From Trueperaceae bacterium (GTDB lineage: Bacteria; Deinococcota; Deinococci; Deinococcales; Trueperaceae), in the NCBI GenBank assembly GCA_035703635.1, contig DASSXV010000044.1, positions 1 through 64,000 of the forward strand: DNA of 64,000 bases, in the 5' to 3' direction. Positions 38,105 through 49,170 of the stretch are shown here, one piece after another; positions within the stretch are counted from its first letter, which is position 1; every line of letters starts with the position of its first letter. The position numbers were made by a program, and so were the translations under genes. The notes below the pieces were generated by a model. That model was not told the DNA's origin. It ran no database searches and saw only the letters and a program-made list of their open reading frames with translations.

Positions 38105-39600
38105 CGACCACGGCGCGCACGCAGCCGCAACGCACCCGGCGCGACACGAGCCGCGGCAAGTTCTTCCCGTACGTGCTAGGAACGGGCTTCATGGCGTTGA
38201 GCTTCGCCGCGACGGCGTTCGCCATCTACGCCCTCGCGGTTGGTGAGCCATTCCACGGCTTCGCGGCCACCGTACTCGTAGCGCTGCCCGCCGGACTTTA
38301 CCTCCGTAGGCTGGGCAGCCCAGATGCCGACCCTAGCAGACGCGAGGCACTGATCACCGTGCTCCTCTCCTGGCTCTTCCTCCCAGCGTTAGGCGCCATC
38401 CCCTACGTCTTCGGCGGGCAGTTGCCGCCACTCGACGCCTTCTTCGAGTCGATGAGCGGTTTCACCACGACCGGCGCAACGACGATCCAAGACTTCTCGC
38501 TCGTGCCTGACTCGCTGCTCTTGTGGCGGGCCGTCTCCCAGTGGGTTGGTGGCGTCGGCATCCTCGTGCTGTTCTTGGCCGTCTTCCCGCAACTAGCCAT
38601 CGCTGGCAGGCAGATGTTCCACGCGGAGATGCCGGGACCGAGCCAGGAGCGCTTCACGCCGCGCCTGCGCCAGACGGCGTTGGCCGTCGTGGCGCTCTAC
38701 GCTGCCCTTACCATCGCGTGCGCGGCGGCATACGCCGTCGCCGGCATGGCGCCGTTCGACGCCCTCGCGCACGCCTTTGGCACGCTGGCAGCCGGGGGCT
38801 TCAGCGCCAACGCCGCGAGCTTCGCGGACTACAGCGCACCCGCGCTTCAGTGGATCGCGATCTTGTTCATGACCCTGTCCGGGGCGAGTTTCATACTCGT
38901 GTTCAGGGCCGTCTCCGGGCAGCCAAGGGCGCTGCTGCGCGACGCGGAGTTCCGCGTCTACATCGGCATCCTCGTCGTAGGGGGCGGCATACTCGCCATG
39001 CTCCTTGCCGGCGAGTACGGCACGGCCGATGCCATCCGCCACGGCTTGTTCCAGTCGGTGAGCATCGTGACGAGCACCGGTTTCGCCTCGGCCGACTTCC
39101 GGGAGTGGGGCCTGCCCGCCCAGGGAGTGATCCTCGCCCTCCTGTTCGTAGGGGGTTGCGGCGGTTCCGCCAGCGGCGGCGTGAAGGTAGTCCGGTGGTT
39201 GATCATCGCCAAGCACACGGCGCGGGAAGTGCGTCATGCGATCCACCCGCGCGCCGTGCTGCCCGTGCGCGTCGGCGACCGTATCGTCTCCGAGGACGCC
39301 ATCAGGGCCGTGGGCGCGTTCATCACCCTCTACGTCGGCCTCTTCGCCTTCACGACCATAGCGCTCGTGTTCCTCGGCGCGGACTTCACGAGCGCCTTCA
39401 GCGCCTCCATCGCCTCCCTTGGGAACACCGGACCCGGCCTCGGGCCTTACGCGCCGATTGGCCAGCTCGACGAGCTGTCGGCGGTAGGGAAGCTCCTGCT
39501 CATGTTCGCCATGTACGCAGGGCGGCTCGAGGTAGTGACGGTGTTCGTCATCTTCACGCCCGGCTGGTGGCGCCTGCCTCGAGTCTGGTCACGCGGGTGA
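38101..39600 (+). CDS. trkH: Trk potassium uptake membrane subunit
   Basis: [41 protein letters not shown]. Confidence 0.95.
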   Translation: MTTTARTQPQRTRRDTSRGKFFPYVLGTGFMALSFAATAFAIYALAVGEPFHGFAATVLVALPAGLYLRRLGSPDADPSRREALITVLLSWLFLPALGAIPYVFGGQLPPLDAFFESMSGFTTTGATTIQDFSLVPDSLLLWRAVSQWVGGVGILVLFLAVFPQLAIAGRQMFHAEMPGPSQERFTPRLRQTALAVVALYAALTIACAAAYAVAGMAPFDALAHAFGTLAAGGFSANAASFADYSAPALQWIAILFMTLSGASFILVFRAVSGQPRALLRDAEFRVYIGILVVGGGILAMLLAGEYGTADAIRHGLFQSVSIVTSTGFASADFREWGLPAQGVILALLFVGGCGGSASGGVKVVRWLIIAKHTAREVRHAIHPRAVLPVRVGDRIVSEDAIRAVGAFITLYVGLFAFTTIALVFLGADFTSAFSASIASLGNTGPGLGPYAPIGQLDELSAVGKLLLMFAMYAGRLEVVTVFVIFTPGWWRLPRVWSRG

Positions 39601-39709
39601 GGCTCACGGCCTCCGGCCGGCCGCTTTGACGTGGGATATGCTGCCCCTCAGTAAACCATTCGCTGCCAGTCACGCCGCCTTGAGTGGCGCGCGGCTATTT
39701 GGAGGACCC

Positions 39710-41659
39710 ATGGCCGACACCATCGAATCCGTACTGCAAGAGGCACGCCAGTTCCCGCCTCCTAAGTCGTTCCAGCGCACCGCCCTCATAAAAAGTTCCG
39801 AGGAGTACGAGAGGCTGTACCGCCAGTCGCTAGACGAGCCAGAACTATTCTGGGGCGAGGCGGCCAAGCGTCATCATTGGTTCGAGCCGTGGACCAGCGT
39901 CATGGAGTGGGAAGAGCCGCACGTCAAGTGGTTCGTTGGCGGCAAGACGAACCTCGCTTACGACTGCCTCGATCGACAAGTCGCCGAGGGCAAGGCCAAC
40001 AAGGTGGCGTTCTTCTGGGAAGGTGAGCCTGGTGACAAGCGCACCATCACCTACGGCCAGATGCTCACAGAGGTCAGTCGCTTCGCCAACGTCCTGAAGG
40101 GCAAGGGCGTGAAGGTCGGCGACCGCGTCGCCATCTACATGCCCATGATCCCGGAGGCCATAGTTGCCATGCTGGCGTGCGCCCGCATAGGCGCGACGCA
40201 CTCGGTCGTGTTCGGAGGCTTCTCGTCTCACGCGCTCTCCGACCGCGTCAACGACGCTCAGGCGAGCGTAGTCATCACGGCAGACGGCGGCTTCCGCCGC
40301 GGCGCCGTCCTCCCGCTCAAACCGGCGGTCGACGAGGCCCTAGCTACGACGCCGAGCGTCAAGCACGTCATAGTCGTCAGACGCGCCGAGAACGTCGTAG
40401 ACATGGAGGCCGGCCGCGACGAGTGGTACCACGAGCTCATGCAGGGCGCCTCGCCAAACTGCCCGGCCGTGCCGGTCGATGCGGAGCACCCCGCTTACGT
40501 GCTCTACACTTCCGGCTCGACTGGCAAGCCGAAGGGCGTGCTGCACACGACCGGCGGCTACCTCGTCCACACTTCCCTGACGGCGAAGTACGTGTTCGAC
40601 CTGCAAGAGAACGACGTGTTCTGGTGCACGGCCGACATCGGGTGGGTGACGGGCCACTCGTACGTCGTCTACGGCCTCATGTCCAACGGCGCCACGCAGG
40701 TCATGTACGAGGGCAACCCGACGTACCCGGCGCCTGACCGCTTCTGGGAGATGATCGAACGCTACGGCGTGACCATCTTCTACACGGCCCCAACCGCCAT
40801 CCGCGCCTTCATCAAGCTTGGCAGGGAGTACCCGGAGAAGCACGACCTCTCTAGCCTGCGCCTCATCGGCACGGTCGGCGAACCCATCAATCCCGAAGCG
40901 TGGATGTGGTACCGCAGCGTCATCGGTGGCGACCGCTGCCCGATCGTCGACACGTGGTGGCAGACGGAAACGGGCGCCATCATGATCTCGACGTTGCCTG
41001 GCGTGCACACGACGAAGCCCGGCTCGGCCGGCGTTCCGCTTTTCGGCATCGACGCGGCCGTCGTGGACGCTGACGGTAACGACGCAGGCGTCGACCAGGG
41101 CGGTTACCTCGTCATGCGTCGCCCGTGGCCCGGCATGCTGCGCACCGTTTACGGCGACGACGACCGCTACCGCAACCAGTACTGGGGCGAGGTGCCACAC
41201 ACCTACTTCTCCGGCGATGGGGCGCGGAAGGACGCGGACGGCTACTTCTGGGTGATGGGCCGCGTCGACGACGTGGTGAACGTGTCGGGCCACCGCCTCG
41301 GCACCATGGAGGTCGAGTCTGCGCTCGTCTCGCACCCTGCCGTGGCCGAGGCGGCCGTCGTTGGCCGCCCCGACGAGCTGAAGGGTCAGGGGATCGTGGC
41401 GTTCGTGACGCTCGAGCAAGGTTTCGAGCCGAGCGACAAGTTGCGCGACGAACTGCGCAAGCACGTCGCTGCCGAGATCGGCGCCATAGCGCGGCCGGAC
41501 GAGGTGCGCTTCGCGGACGCGCTACCGAAGACGCGTTCCGGCAAGATCATGCGCCGCCTCCTCCGCAGCGTGGCTTCCGGCCAGGAGTTGATCGGTGACA
41601 CGAGCACGCTAGAGGACCGCGGGGTCGTCGAGCAACTGCAGCGCAGCGGGAACGAGTGA
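39710..41659 (+). CDS. acs: Acetyl-CoA synthetase
   Basis: [57 protein letters not shown]. Confidence 0.97.
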   Translation: MADTIESVLQEARQFPPPKSFQRTALIKSSEEYERLYRQSLDEPELFWGEAAKRHHWFEPWTSVMEWEEPHVKWFVGGKTNLAYDCLDRQVAEGKANKVAFFWEGEPGDKRTITYGQMLTEVSRFANVLKGKGVKVGDRVAIYMPMIPEAIVAMLACARIGATHSVVFGGFSSHALSDRVNDAQASVVITADGGFRRGAVLPLKPAVDEALATTPSVKHVIVVRRAENVVDMEAGRDEWYHELMQGASPNCPAVPVDAEHPAYVLYTSGSTGKPKGVLHTTGGYLVHTSLTAKYVFDLQENDVFWCTADIGWVTGHSYVVYGLMSNGATQVMYEGNPTYPAPDRFWEMIERYGVTIFYTAPTAIRAFIKLGREYPEKHDLSSLRLIGTVGEPINPEAWMWYRSVIGGDRCPIVDTWWQTETGAIMISTLPGVHTTKPGSAGVPLFGIDAAVVDADGNDAGVDQGGYLVMRRPWPGMLRTVYGDDDRYRNQYWGEVPHTYFSGDGARKDADGYFWVMGRVDDVVNVSGHRLGTMEVESALVSHPAVAEAAVVGRPDELKGQGIVAFVTLEQGFEPSDKLRDELRKHVAAEIGAIARPDEVRFADALPKTRSGKIMRRLLRSVASGQELIGDTSTLEDRGVVEQLQRSGNE

Positions 41660-41701
41660 CGACGCAGGCTCGCCGTCACGCCAACGCGGGTTAGAGACCG
41701 C

Positions 41702-42499
41702 ATGCGAGGCTCTAAGCGCCTCAACATCGGCTTGCTCATGACTTATAACGAGCAAGACGTCATCGAGGAGATGCTGCGCCACAACGGGCCCGGCGTCGAC
41801 GCCATCTTCGCGCTTGACGGGTCAGACGACGCCACGCCCGCCATCTTGCGCGCGGACCCGCTCGTCAAGCTCGTGCTGCGCGACGAGGACGTAGCTGGCG
41901 TAGGCAAGGTGCGCGACTACCACCGCCAAGCGCTCTTAGACGCCGCCAGGGCCGAGTACGGAGTAGGACACTGGTACACGCTCATGCACGGCGACGAGTT
42001 CTTCCACGACGACCCGCGGGCAGTGGCGCAAGCTGCGCAGGCGCAGGGCGCGGGCCGCGTCAACTGGGCAGCCATGCAGTTCTTCTTGCACCCAAGCGAC
42101 CGCCCAGTAGTGGGCGCGGGTGTGCAAGAGAACGTGCGCTGGTACTCCCCGTTCTGGGTCGAGATCAGGCAGTTCAGGGACGCGCCGGGCGCCGGCTACC
42201 GCACCGGTGAGCACGGCCGCGTGTTTCCGCACGGCGTTAGTTGGGTGCCTTACTGGAAGATGCCCCTCTTCAAACATTACCCTTACCGTTCTGAGGCTCA
42301 GACGCGCGCTCGCCTCGAGGCCATGGCAGCAAGGGGATTCTCTGGCACGCGAGCGACGGACGACGTGTACCGCGACCGCTACGCCCCCGAGTACCGCGAA
42401 GCGGCCCGCTTCACTGGCGACTTCGGTGAGTTCGAGTTGGCGCGGCAGGGCAGTTTGTTGAACATGCTGCTGCGCTGGAGGCGGCTGGTGCCTAGGTGA
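41702..42499 (+). CDS. Glycosyltransferase family 2 protein
   Basis: TYNE.D.I, DGSDD.T, W....HGDEF (DxD-like), KHYPYRS. Confidence 0.75.
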   Translation: MRGSKRLNIGLLMTYNEQDVIEEMLRHNGPGVDAIFALDGSDDATPAILRADPLVKLVLRDEDVAGVGKVRDYHRQALLDAARAEYGVGHWYTLMHGDEFFHDDPRAVAQAAQAQGAGRVNWAAMQFFLHPSDRPVVGAGVQENVRWYSPFWVEIRQFRDAPGAGYRTGEHGRVFPHGVSWVPYWKMPLFKHYPYRSEAQTRARLEAMAARGFSGTRATDDVYRDRYAPEYREAARFTGDFGEFELARQGSLLNMLLRWRRLVPR

Positions 42500-42506
42500 G
42501 AGGCGC

Positions 42507-43385
42507 CTAGCTGCGGCCCAGGTCGCCACCGGGGCGCTGGGTTGCTGGCAAGCGCCCCTCGGCGAGAACCATGGCTACCAGGATGAGGCTGGCGCCAAGC
42601 CACCCGAGGGTGCCCAAGCGCTCACCTATGAGCAGCATGGCGAAGCCGGCCGCGAACACGGGCTCGAGTACGAAGATCAGCGCGGCGAGGTGAGCCGGCA
42701 CGACCCGTTGCGCGTACGTCTGGATCACGGCGACAAGGGCGGTGGCCACCACGGCCAGGTAGAGGATCGCCAAGTAGGTGCCGATCGGCACGCTCGCCAA
42801 CTTGCCGACTTCTGGCGCGGCCCACAACCACGCGAGGGCAGCCATCGGCAGGTGCTGCATCATGGCGAGGGACGTGCCCCTCACCTTGCCAGCCACCTCG
42901 CCGAGGTACACGATGTACATGGCGTAAGTGAGGGCGGTGACGAGCACGAGGAGGTCGCCGGCGTTGACGGCCGCGAAGCCGTTGCGCAAGGTCATGAGGC
43001 CGAGGCCAGCAAGCGCGACCGAGGCCGCGAGCAGTACGCGGGCGCTCAGGGCACGCTTCAGCCACACCCGCGCGACTAGCGGCGTGAGTATCACTGACAG
43101 GCCTGTAATGAAGGCCGCGTTAGAGGCGCTGGTGATGGCGAGGCCGGCCGTTTGGGTGGCGAAGCCGGCGAACGAGAGCAACCCGAGCACTAGCGCCGGG
43201 ACTAGCGCGCGCCTGTCCCACTTCGCCCAGGCGAGCAGCAACGCGGCGAGCGTGAAACGCACCGCTAGGAGTAACGCCACCGGGATGGTGTCGAGCGCCT
43301 CCTTGACTACGACGAAGGTCGTACCCCAGATGACCGTGACGAGTACCAGTGAAATGACGCCCACGGCCGGAGACACGAGCCTCAT
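42507..43385 (-). CDS. DMT/EamA family transporter
   Basis: IWGTTF..VK, RF, AAFITGL.V..P, GDLL, LEPVFA, GERL. Confidence 0.9.
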   Translation of the reverse strand: MRLVSPAVGVISLVLVTVIWGTTFVVVKEALDTIPVALLLAVRFTLAALLLAWAKWDRRALVPALVLGLLSFAGFATQTAGLAITSASNAAFITGLSVILTPLVARVWLKRALSARVLLAASVALAGLGLMTLRNGFAAVNAGDLLVLVTALTYAMYIVYLGEVAGKVRGTSLAMMQHLPMAALAWLWAAPEVGKLASVPIGTYLAILYLAVVATALVAVIQTYAQRVVPAHLAALIFVLEPVFAAGFAMLLIGERLGTLGWLGASLILVAMVLAEGRLPATQRPGGDLGRS

Positions 43386-43480
43386 TGTCACACGCCGCGG
43401 CTAGCACCTGCAGTCGCGAGGGTCGGGTCGAGAGAGTCAAGTCGCGGAGTCAACCAGACCCCAATTGTTACTATCGGCCA

Positions 43481-44014
43481 ATGATGCAGGAGTTCAGGGT
43501 TGGCCACGGTCAGGACGCGCACCGGCTGGTGGCGGGCAGGCAGCTAGTGATCGGGGGCGTGCCGGTGGAGAGCCAGCGCGGCGCGGACGCCCACTCAGAC
43601 GGCGACGTGCTCCTCCACGCGCTGGCGGACGCCCTGTTATCCGCTTACGCTCTCGGGGACATCGGTCGGCTCTTCCCGCCGAGCGACGCACGCTTCGCGG
43701 GGATGGACAGCCGCGACATCGTGGCGCAAGTCCTGGAGAAGCTGCGCGTGCATACGCCCGGCGTTCGCGTTGTCAACGTGGCCGCGGTCGTGACCCTCGA
43801 CACTCCGAAACTTGGCGCCGCCCGCGACGCGATGAGCACGGTCATCGCTGAGCTGCTCGAGCTGCAGGCTGACTCGGTCGGCATCACCTTCAAGACTAGC
43901 GAGGGGCTCGCGCCCGACCACGTGCAGGCGAGCGTGGTGCTCGGCCTGCTGCAAGCCGAGCTCACCTTATACGAGAGTGCGCCGCGAACCGCCAATGGGT
44001 TCGCGGCGCACTAA
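43481..44014 (+). CDS. ispF: 2-C-methyl-D-erythritol 2,4-cyclodiphosphate synthase
   Basis: RVG.G.DAH, HSDGDV..HA..DA, GDIG..FP, KTSEGLAP.HVQA; TACTAT 6 nt before ATG. Confidence 0.96.
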   Translation: MMQEFRVGHGQDAHRLVAGRQLVIGGVPVESQRGADAHSDGDVLLHALADALLSAYALGDIGRLFPPSDARFAGMDSRDIVAQVLEKLRVHTPGVRVVNVAAVVTLDTPKLGAARDAMSTVIAELLELQADSVGITFKTSEGLAPDHVQASVVLGLLQAELTLYESAPRTANGFAAH

Positions 44015-44028
44015 CAGCCGTCGTTGAA

Positions 44029-44376
44029 TCAGATTTCCTGCAGCGTCACCTGCACGCGGCCGGCCACTTCGGCCACCTGGAAGAGTTGGATCTTCTTGAC
44101 GGCAGGCAGCGTGGCGCGGCCGGTGGTCAAGTCGAAGGTGGCGCCGTGGTGAATGCAGCGGATCTTGCCTTCGAGCAACTCGCCGTCGTTGATCGGGTAG
44201 CGCTGGTGGGTGCAGCGGTCGGGGAGCGCGTAGAACGCGCCCCCCTGCCTGACGATCACGATATCGGTGCCGCCCACCACGCGGGCGGTGATGGAGTCCT
44301 CCGGGAACTCATCGACGGCACCCACGTCGAACGACGCCGCCGCAACGGCTGCTCCGGCCGCCTCCTCCTCGCTCAC
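44029..44376 (-). CDS. Rieske [2Fe-2S] ferredoxin
   Basis: CTH ... CIHHGA.FD..TG; GTGA overlap with sufD stop. Confidence 0.92.
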   Translation of the reverse strand: MSEEEAAGAAVAAASFDVGAVDEFPEDSITARVVGGTDIVIVRQGGAFYALPDRCTHQRYPINDGELLEGKIRCIHHGATFDLTTGRATLPAVKKIQLFQVAEVAGRVQVTLQEI

Positions 44377-45695
44377 AGCTTCTCCTTCACCCCTGGCACG
44401 CCGAGCTTGGCCTGCACGACGCGCTCGACGTACTCCGCCACCTTCGGCAGCGTCACGCGGCTCATGACCTCGTAGAGGAAGCCCGTGACGAGCACGTGCT
44501 CTGCTACTTCTGGGTGGAGTCCGCGGCTCATGAGGTAGAAGCGCTGGTCCTCCGGCACCGGGCCGGTGGTGGAGCCGTGTGAGCACTTGACGTCGTTGGC
44601 CGCGATCTCGAGTTGCGGGATGGAGACGACCTCGGAATCCTCGTCGAGGAGTAGGTTGCGGTTCGTCTGGTAAGCGTCCGTCTTCTGGGCGCCAGGGTCG
44701 ACGACGATCATGCCGGAGTAAACGGCTTGGCTGGCGTCACGGACGGCGCCCTTGAAGAGCACATCGGAGAACCCGCGCTCCGTGGCGTGGTGCTGGAGGG
44801 TGAACTGGTTGAAGTGCTGGCCCTCGTCCGCGAAGTACAAGCCCAGCATCTCGCTCTCGGAGCCTGGACCTTCGAGGCGGCTCTCGACTTCGGCGCGGGC
44901 GGCGTCCGCCCCGAGGCTGACGGTCACGGACTCTAGGCGAGCGTCGCGGCCGAGGTGCGCGCGGAGCTTGTTGATGTGCGCTACGTTGCGGCTCCAGTTC
45001 TGGAGGCTCACGTAGCGCAACTTGGCGCCATCTTGCAGGACGATCTCGGTGGCGGCGTCGAAGAACAGTCGCTCGTCGAACGGTTCGCTCGTGAACTCGT
45101 CGATGAAGGTGAGGCGCGCGTTAGCGCCGAGCACGATAAGGGCGCGCCCGAGCCCGATACCACCGGAGTCCGCCGTGGTGAACGCGCCTAGCGGCAGTTC
45201 GACCTCGACGTTCTTCGGGACGTACACGAAGGTGCCGTTCTCCCATAGCGCCGAGTTGAGCGCCGTGAACTTCGTTTGCGTGGCGTTGACCACGCTGTAG
45301 AGGTGCTCCTTGACGAGTGCCTCGTGCTCGCGTACGGCCGTGCGCAGGTCGGTGAAGATGACGCCTGACTCGCTGATGCTCGCCTCGTGCAACACGACCT
45401 GGTTGCCCTTGTGCACCATGACGCCTTCTGCGTCGGAGTCGGCGATGCGCATGCTGATGCGCTCCGACACTGTCGAGTCGCGCGGCGCCTTGGCAAGCTC
45501 GAGGCCGGCGTAAGCGAAGCGCGCCAGCTGCGTGTAGCGGTACTCCTCGGTGCGCTCTGTCGGGAACGGCTGTGCGTCGTAAGAGCGGAGTGCTGCCCTG
45601 CGCTCCTCAGCCAGCCAGGCGGGTTCGGCGTACGCGTCGATGATGTGTTCGACGGCGGCGGCGCTGATGACGGGGTTGTCTACCAGGGTCGCCAT
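44373..45695 (-). CDS. sufD: Fe-S cluster assembly protein SufD
   Basis: E.YRYT, GAQKT..YQ..RNLLL, P.LEI.ANDVKCSHG. Confidence 0.95.
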   Translation of the reverse strand: MATLVDNPVISAAAVEHIIDAYAEPAWLAEERRAALRSYDAQPFPTERTEEYRYTQLARFAYAGLELAKAPRDSTVSERISMRIADSDAEGVMVHKGNQVVLHEASISESGVIFTDLRTAVREHEALVKEHLYSVVNATQTKFTALNSALWENGTFVYVPKNVEVELPLGAFTTADSGGIGLGRALIVLGANARLTFIDEFTSEPFDERLFFDAATEIVLQDGAKLRYVSLQNWSRNVAHINKLRAHLGRDARLESVTVSLGADAARAEVESRLEGPGSESEMLGLYFADEGQHFNQFTLQHHATERGFSDVLFKGAVRDASQAVYSGMIVVDPGAQKTDAYQTNRNLLLDEDSEVVSIPQLEIAANDVKCSHGSTTGPVPEDQRFYLMSRGLHPEVAEHVLVTGFLYEVMSRVTLPKVAEYVERVVQAKLGVPGVKEKL

Positions 45696-45697
45696 GC

Positions 45698-47146
45698 CTA
45701 ACCTACGCTCCCTTCCATCTCGAGCTCGATGAGGCGGTTGAGCTCGACCGCGTACTCGAGCGGTAGCTCCTTGGCAACGGGGTCTAGGAAGCCGCGCACG
45801 ATCAACGACATGGCCTCCGCCTGCCCAAGCCCCCGCGTCATGAGGTAGAAGATCTGCTCGTCGTCTAGCTTGCTGACGGTGGCCTCGTGCCCCACGTGGG
45901 CGGTCTTCTCGTTGATCTCGATGTACGGGAAGGTGTCGGTGCGGGCGTTCTCGTCGAGCAGCAGCGCGTCGCACTCCACGTTGGAGCGGGCGTTGGTGGC
46001 GCCCTGATGGATCTGCACCAGACCGCGGTAGCTTGAGCGGCCCGTGCCCTTGCTGATGGACTTGCTGACCACGCTGCTGGTGGTGTTCGGGGCCACGTGG
46101 ATGACCTTGGCGCCGGCGTCCTGGTGCTGGCCGTCAGTGGCGAAAGCGATGGAGAGGACCTCACCGTGGGCGCCCTCACCAACCAGGTAGGTGCTCGGGT
46201 ACTTCATGGTGGTCTTGGAGCCGAGGTTGCCGTCCAGCCAGCCCATGCTGGCGTTGGCGTGCACCATGGCGCGCTGCGTGACGAGGTTGTAGACGTTGTG
46301 AGACCAGTTCTGGATGGTGGAGTAGCGCACGTGACTGTTGTCCTGGCACACGATCTCGATGACGCCAGAGTGGAACGAGTTGCTCGTGTACGCCGGGGCC
46401 GTGCAGCCCTCGATGTAGTGGAACTTGGAGCCTGGCGCCCCGATGATGAGGGTGCGCTCGAACTGGCCGATGTTCTCGGCGTTGAGCAGGAAGTACGCCT
46501 GCAGCGGCACGTCGACGTGGACGCCTTCCGGCACGTACACGAACGAGCCGCCAGACCACACCGCGGAGTTGACCGCCGCGAAGTAGTTGTCCTCGGGCGG
46601 GATGACCGTCGCGAAGTACTCCTTGAAGATCTCGGGGTGCTCCTTGAGACCGGTGTCGGTGTCGAGGAAGATGACGCCGAGCTTCTCCCACTCCTCCTTG
46701 AGCTTGTGATAGACCATCTCGGACTCGTACTGCGCGCCGACACCCGCCAGCGCGCGCTGTTCGGCCTCCGGTACGCCCAAGCGGCGGTAGGTCTCGCGCA
46801 CTTCTTCTGGGATGTCGTCCCATGAGCCCGCCGTGCCTTGCTTCTCGTTCGGCCTCACGTAGAAGAAGATGTCGTCGAAGTTGAGGCCGCCGAGGTCGGG
46901 TCCCCACTTGGGGCGGCCCTTCTTCTCAGCGATCTCGAACGCGCGCAGGCGGAACTTGAGCATCCACTCTGGCTCGTTCTTGAAGTAGCTGATCTGCTCG
47001 ACGACGCGGCGTGTCAGGCCGCGGTCTGACTTGAAGAAGTAGTCCTCGGTGAGCTTGAAGTCGTACTGCTTGGTGTGCTCCATCCCCTCGAGCTTGGCAG
47101 CGTCGGGGTGGACGTCTTTAGTAATTTGGTTCGTCAGGTCGGACAC
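45698..47146 (-). CDS. sufB: Fe-S cluster assembly protein SufB
   Basis: AQYESE, AVWSGGSF, GQFERT, YIEGCTAP, CDALL, HEATVS, LPLEYAVELNRL; no intein seen. Confidence 0.97.
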   Translation of the reverse strand: MSDLTNQITKDVHPDAAKLEGMEHTKQYDFKLTEDYFFKSDRGLTRRVVEQISYFKNEPEWMLKFRLRAFEIAEKKGRPKWGPDLGGLNFDDIFFYVRPNEKQGTAGSWDDIPEEVRETYRRLGVPEAEQRALAGVGAQYESEMVYHKLKEEWEKLGVIFLDTDTGLKEHPEIFKEYFATVIPPEDNYFAAVNSAVWSGGSFVYVPEGVHVDVPLQAYFLLNAENIGQFERTLIIGAPGSKFHYIEGCTAPAYTSNSFHSGVIEIVCQDNSHVRYSTIQNWSHNVYNLVTQRAMVHANASMGWLDGNLGSKTTMKYPSTYLVGEGAHGEVLSIAFATDGQHQDAGAKVIHVAPNTTSSVVSKSISKGTGRSSYRGLVQIHQGATNARSNVECDALLLDENARTDTFPYIEINEKTAHVGHEATVSKLDDEQIFYLMTRGLGQAEAMSLIVRGFLDPVAKELPLEYAVELNRLIELEMEGSVG

Positions 47147-47214
47147 TTACCGTCCCTCCGCCCTTCTAGTTGCATGAGTAGCCCGGTCGTTGCGTACGGG
47201 CGGCACGGGTGGGT

Positions 47215-47976
47215 TCAGGCGCCCACTGCTTCGCGGACCCACTCGTAGCCCTTCTGGTCGAGCTCCATCGCAAGCTCCTTCGGGCCGGTCTTGACGATGC
47301 GGCCGTGCACCATCACGTGGACGACGTCTGGCACGATGTGGTTGAGGAGGCGCTGGTAGTGGGTGATCACGAGGGCGCCGAACTCGGGCCCGCGGGCCGC
47401 GTTCACGCCTTGGGAGACGACCTTGAGGGCGTCGACGTCGAGGCCGGAGTCCGTCTCGTCGAGGATGGCGTAGCGCGGTTCGAGGACGAGCAGCTGCAGG
47501 ATCTCGGAGCGCTTCTTCTCCCCGCCCGAGAAGCCCTCGTGCAGGTTGCGTTCGATGATCGACTCGTCCCAGTTGAGTTCCTTGACCGCGCGCTGCAGCT
47601 TCTTGTAGAACTCCATGACGCCGATCTCGTCGCCGTCCTCACGCCTGGCGTTGAGGGCGAGGCGCAAGAAGTTGGCGATCGACACGCCTGGAACTTCTAC
47701 GGGGTACTGGAAGGCGAGGTAGAGCCCCTCGCGGGCGCGTTCGTCCGGCTCCATCTCGAGGATGGACTGGCCCTCCAGTAGGATGTCGCCCGCCGTGACC
47801 TCGTACTGCGGGTCGCCAGCGATGACCTTGGCTAGGGTCGACTTGCCTGAGCCGTTGGGACCCATGAGCGCGTGGACCTCGCCACGCGGCACCACTAGGT
47901 CTACGCCCCTCAGGATCTCGTCGCCGCCGACGATGCGGGCGTGTAGACCTTGGATCTCCAGCTTCTTGTCGCTCAT
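47215..47976 (-). CDS. sufC: Fe-S cluster assembly ATPase SufC
   Basis: [43 protein letters not shown]. Confidence 0.97.
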   Translation of the reverse strand: MSDKKLEIQGLHARIVGGDEILRGVDLVVPRGEVHALMGPNGSGKSTLAKVIAGDPQYEVTAGDILLEGQSILEMEPDERAREGLYLAFQYPVEVPGVSIANFLRLALNARREDGDEIGVMEFYKKLQRAVKELNWDESIIERNLHEGFSGGEKKRSEILQLLVLEPRYAILDETDSGLDVDALKVVSQGVNAARGPEFGALVITHYQRLLNHIVPDVVHVMVHGRIVKTGPKELAMELDQKGYEWVREAVGA

Positions 47977-48071
47977 GTGCACACCTCTCGTGAAGGATCT
48001 CTGGTGTCGTTGATGGGCCGCGCCGCTTGCGCAGCTGCGCACGAACGGGCCCATAACTAGGACTCGTTCCG

Positions 48072-48077
48072 ATTCTA
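48072..48077 (-). promoter_or_regulatory. -10 element TAGAAT for the suf operon
   Basis: AT-rich patch about 95 nt upstream of sufC. Confidence 0.45.
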
Positions 48078-48184
48078 ACTCGTTAGCTTGAGACGGGGTG
48101 CTGCATACTTGACCGCCCAGCTAGGCGTTAAGGCTACCAGGTAGGCGGTTCACCGACTGTTCTGATGAACGCAAGCTGCCGCCG

Positions 48185-49144
48185 TCACTCGCGAGAGCGC
48201 TTCAACCACCCGAAGATGCCACCCTGCTTGCGCTCGGTCGCCTGCTCGTCATCCTTGCGCACGTCTGTCGGCACGGCCGTTGCGCGCCCAGCGCGGCCAG
48301 TGACCTTGGCAGCCGGCGCATCCGCCGCGCCAGCGCCGGCCACGACGGCACCGTTAGTGACGCCAGAAGCAGCCATCAGCGCGACCGCGAAGTCCCTGGC
48401 GGTCGCGTAGCGCCGCGCCGGGTCGCGCATCATGGCGTGAGACACGACGCGCACGACCTCGATGGGCAGCCCTGAACGCAACGAACGCAACTCCTTTGGC
48501 ACGCCGGTTCGGTGCGCGACCATCAGCGCGTCGTAAGAGGCCCCTACGAACGGCCGCTCGCCCGCGATCACCTCGTACGCGAGCACGCCTAGTGAGTAGA
48601 TGTCCGACCGCACCCCAGCCGACTTGCCCTCGAACACTTCAGGCGCCATGTAGAAGGCGGTGCCTACGCGGTCGACGCCCTCGTCGCCCATGAACACGCC
48701 AGTGCCGAAATCGCCTAGCTTCGCCTGCCCCTCCGCCGTGAGGAACACGTTGGCCGGCTTGACGTCGCGGTGCAGGACTTGGCGGTCGTGACTATGCATG
48801 AGCCCAGTTGCCACGTCGAGGACGAAGCGGTAGCACCGCTCGAGAGGCAAGCGGCCCTTCTCGAGCAGATACTGGTCGAGAGTACCGCCCTGGCAGTACT
48901 CCAGCGCGAGGAACGCGCCCTTGCCAGTGGGGAAGCCCTCGTACGCCGTCACGACGTTCGGCGAGGCGAGCTTCACGGTGATGGCGACCTCGTTCTCGAA
49001 CATCTTCTTGAGTACCGGCCGCTGCGCTAGTTCGGGACGCGGGATCTTGAGCGCCACCTCGCCGTAGACGGGGTGCCTCGCCAGGTACACGAACGCCGTC
49101 TGCCCCGAACCGAGGCGACTGATGACCTCGTAGCCCTCTGGCAC
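48185..49144 (-). CDS. Cytoplasmic Hanks-type Ser/Thr protein kinase (RD type)
   Basis: LGSGQTAFV, VALK, HRDVKPAN, DFG, GT..YMAPE, DIYSLG; GTG start. Confidence 0.92.
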   Translation of the reverse strand: MPEGYEVISRLGSGQTAFVYLARHPVYGEVALKIPRPELAQRPVLKKMFENEVAITVKLASPNVVTAYEGFPTGKGAFLALEYCQGGTLDQYLLEKGRLPLERCYRFVLDVATGLMHSHDRQVLHRDVKPANVFLTAEGQAKLGDFGTGVFMGDEGVDRVGTAFYMAPEVFEGKSAGVRSDIYSLGVLAYEVIAGERPFVGASYDALMVAHRTGVPKELRSLRSGLPIEVVRVVSHAMMRDPARRYATARDFAVALMAASGVTNGAVVAGAGAADAPAAKVTGRAGRATAVPTDVRKDDEQATERKQGGIFGWLKRSRE

Positions 49145-49170
49145 GTAGCTTGGTGAGCCGTTGCTGTCCT

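Noticed and set aside
45698-47146. Intein in sufB (a known insertion hotspot)
   Set aside because: Normal length (482 aa) and continuous SufB motifs.
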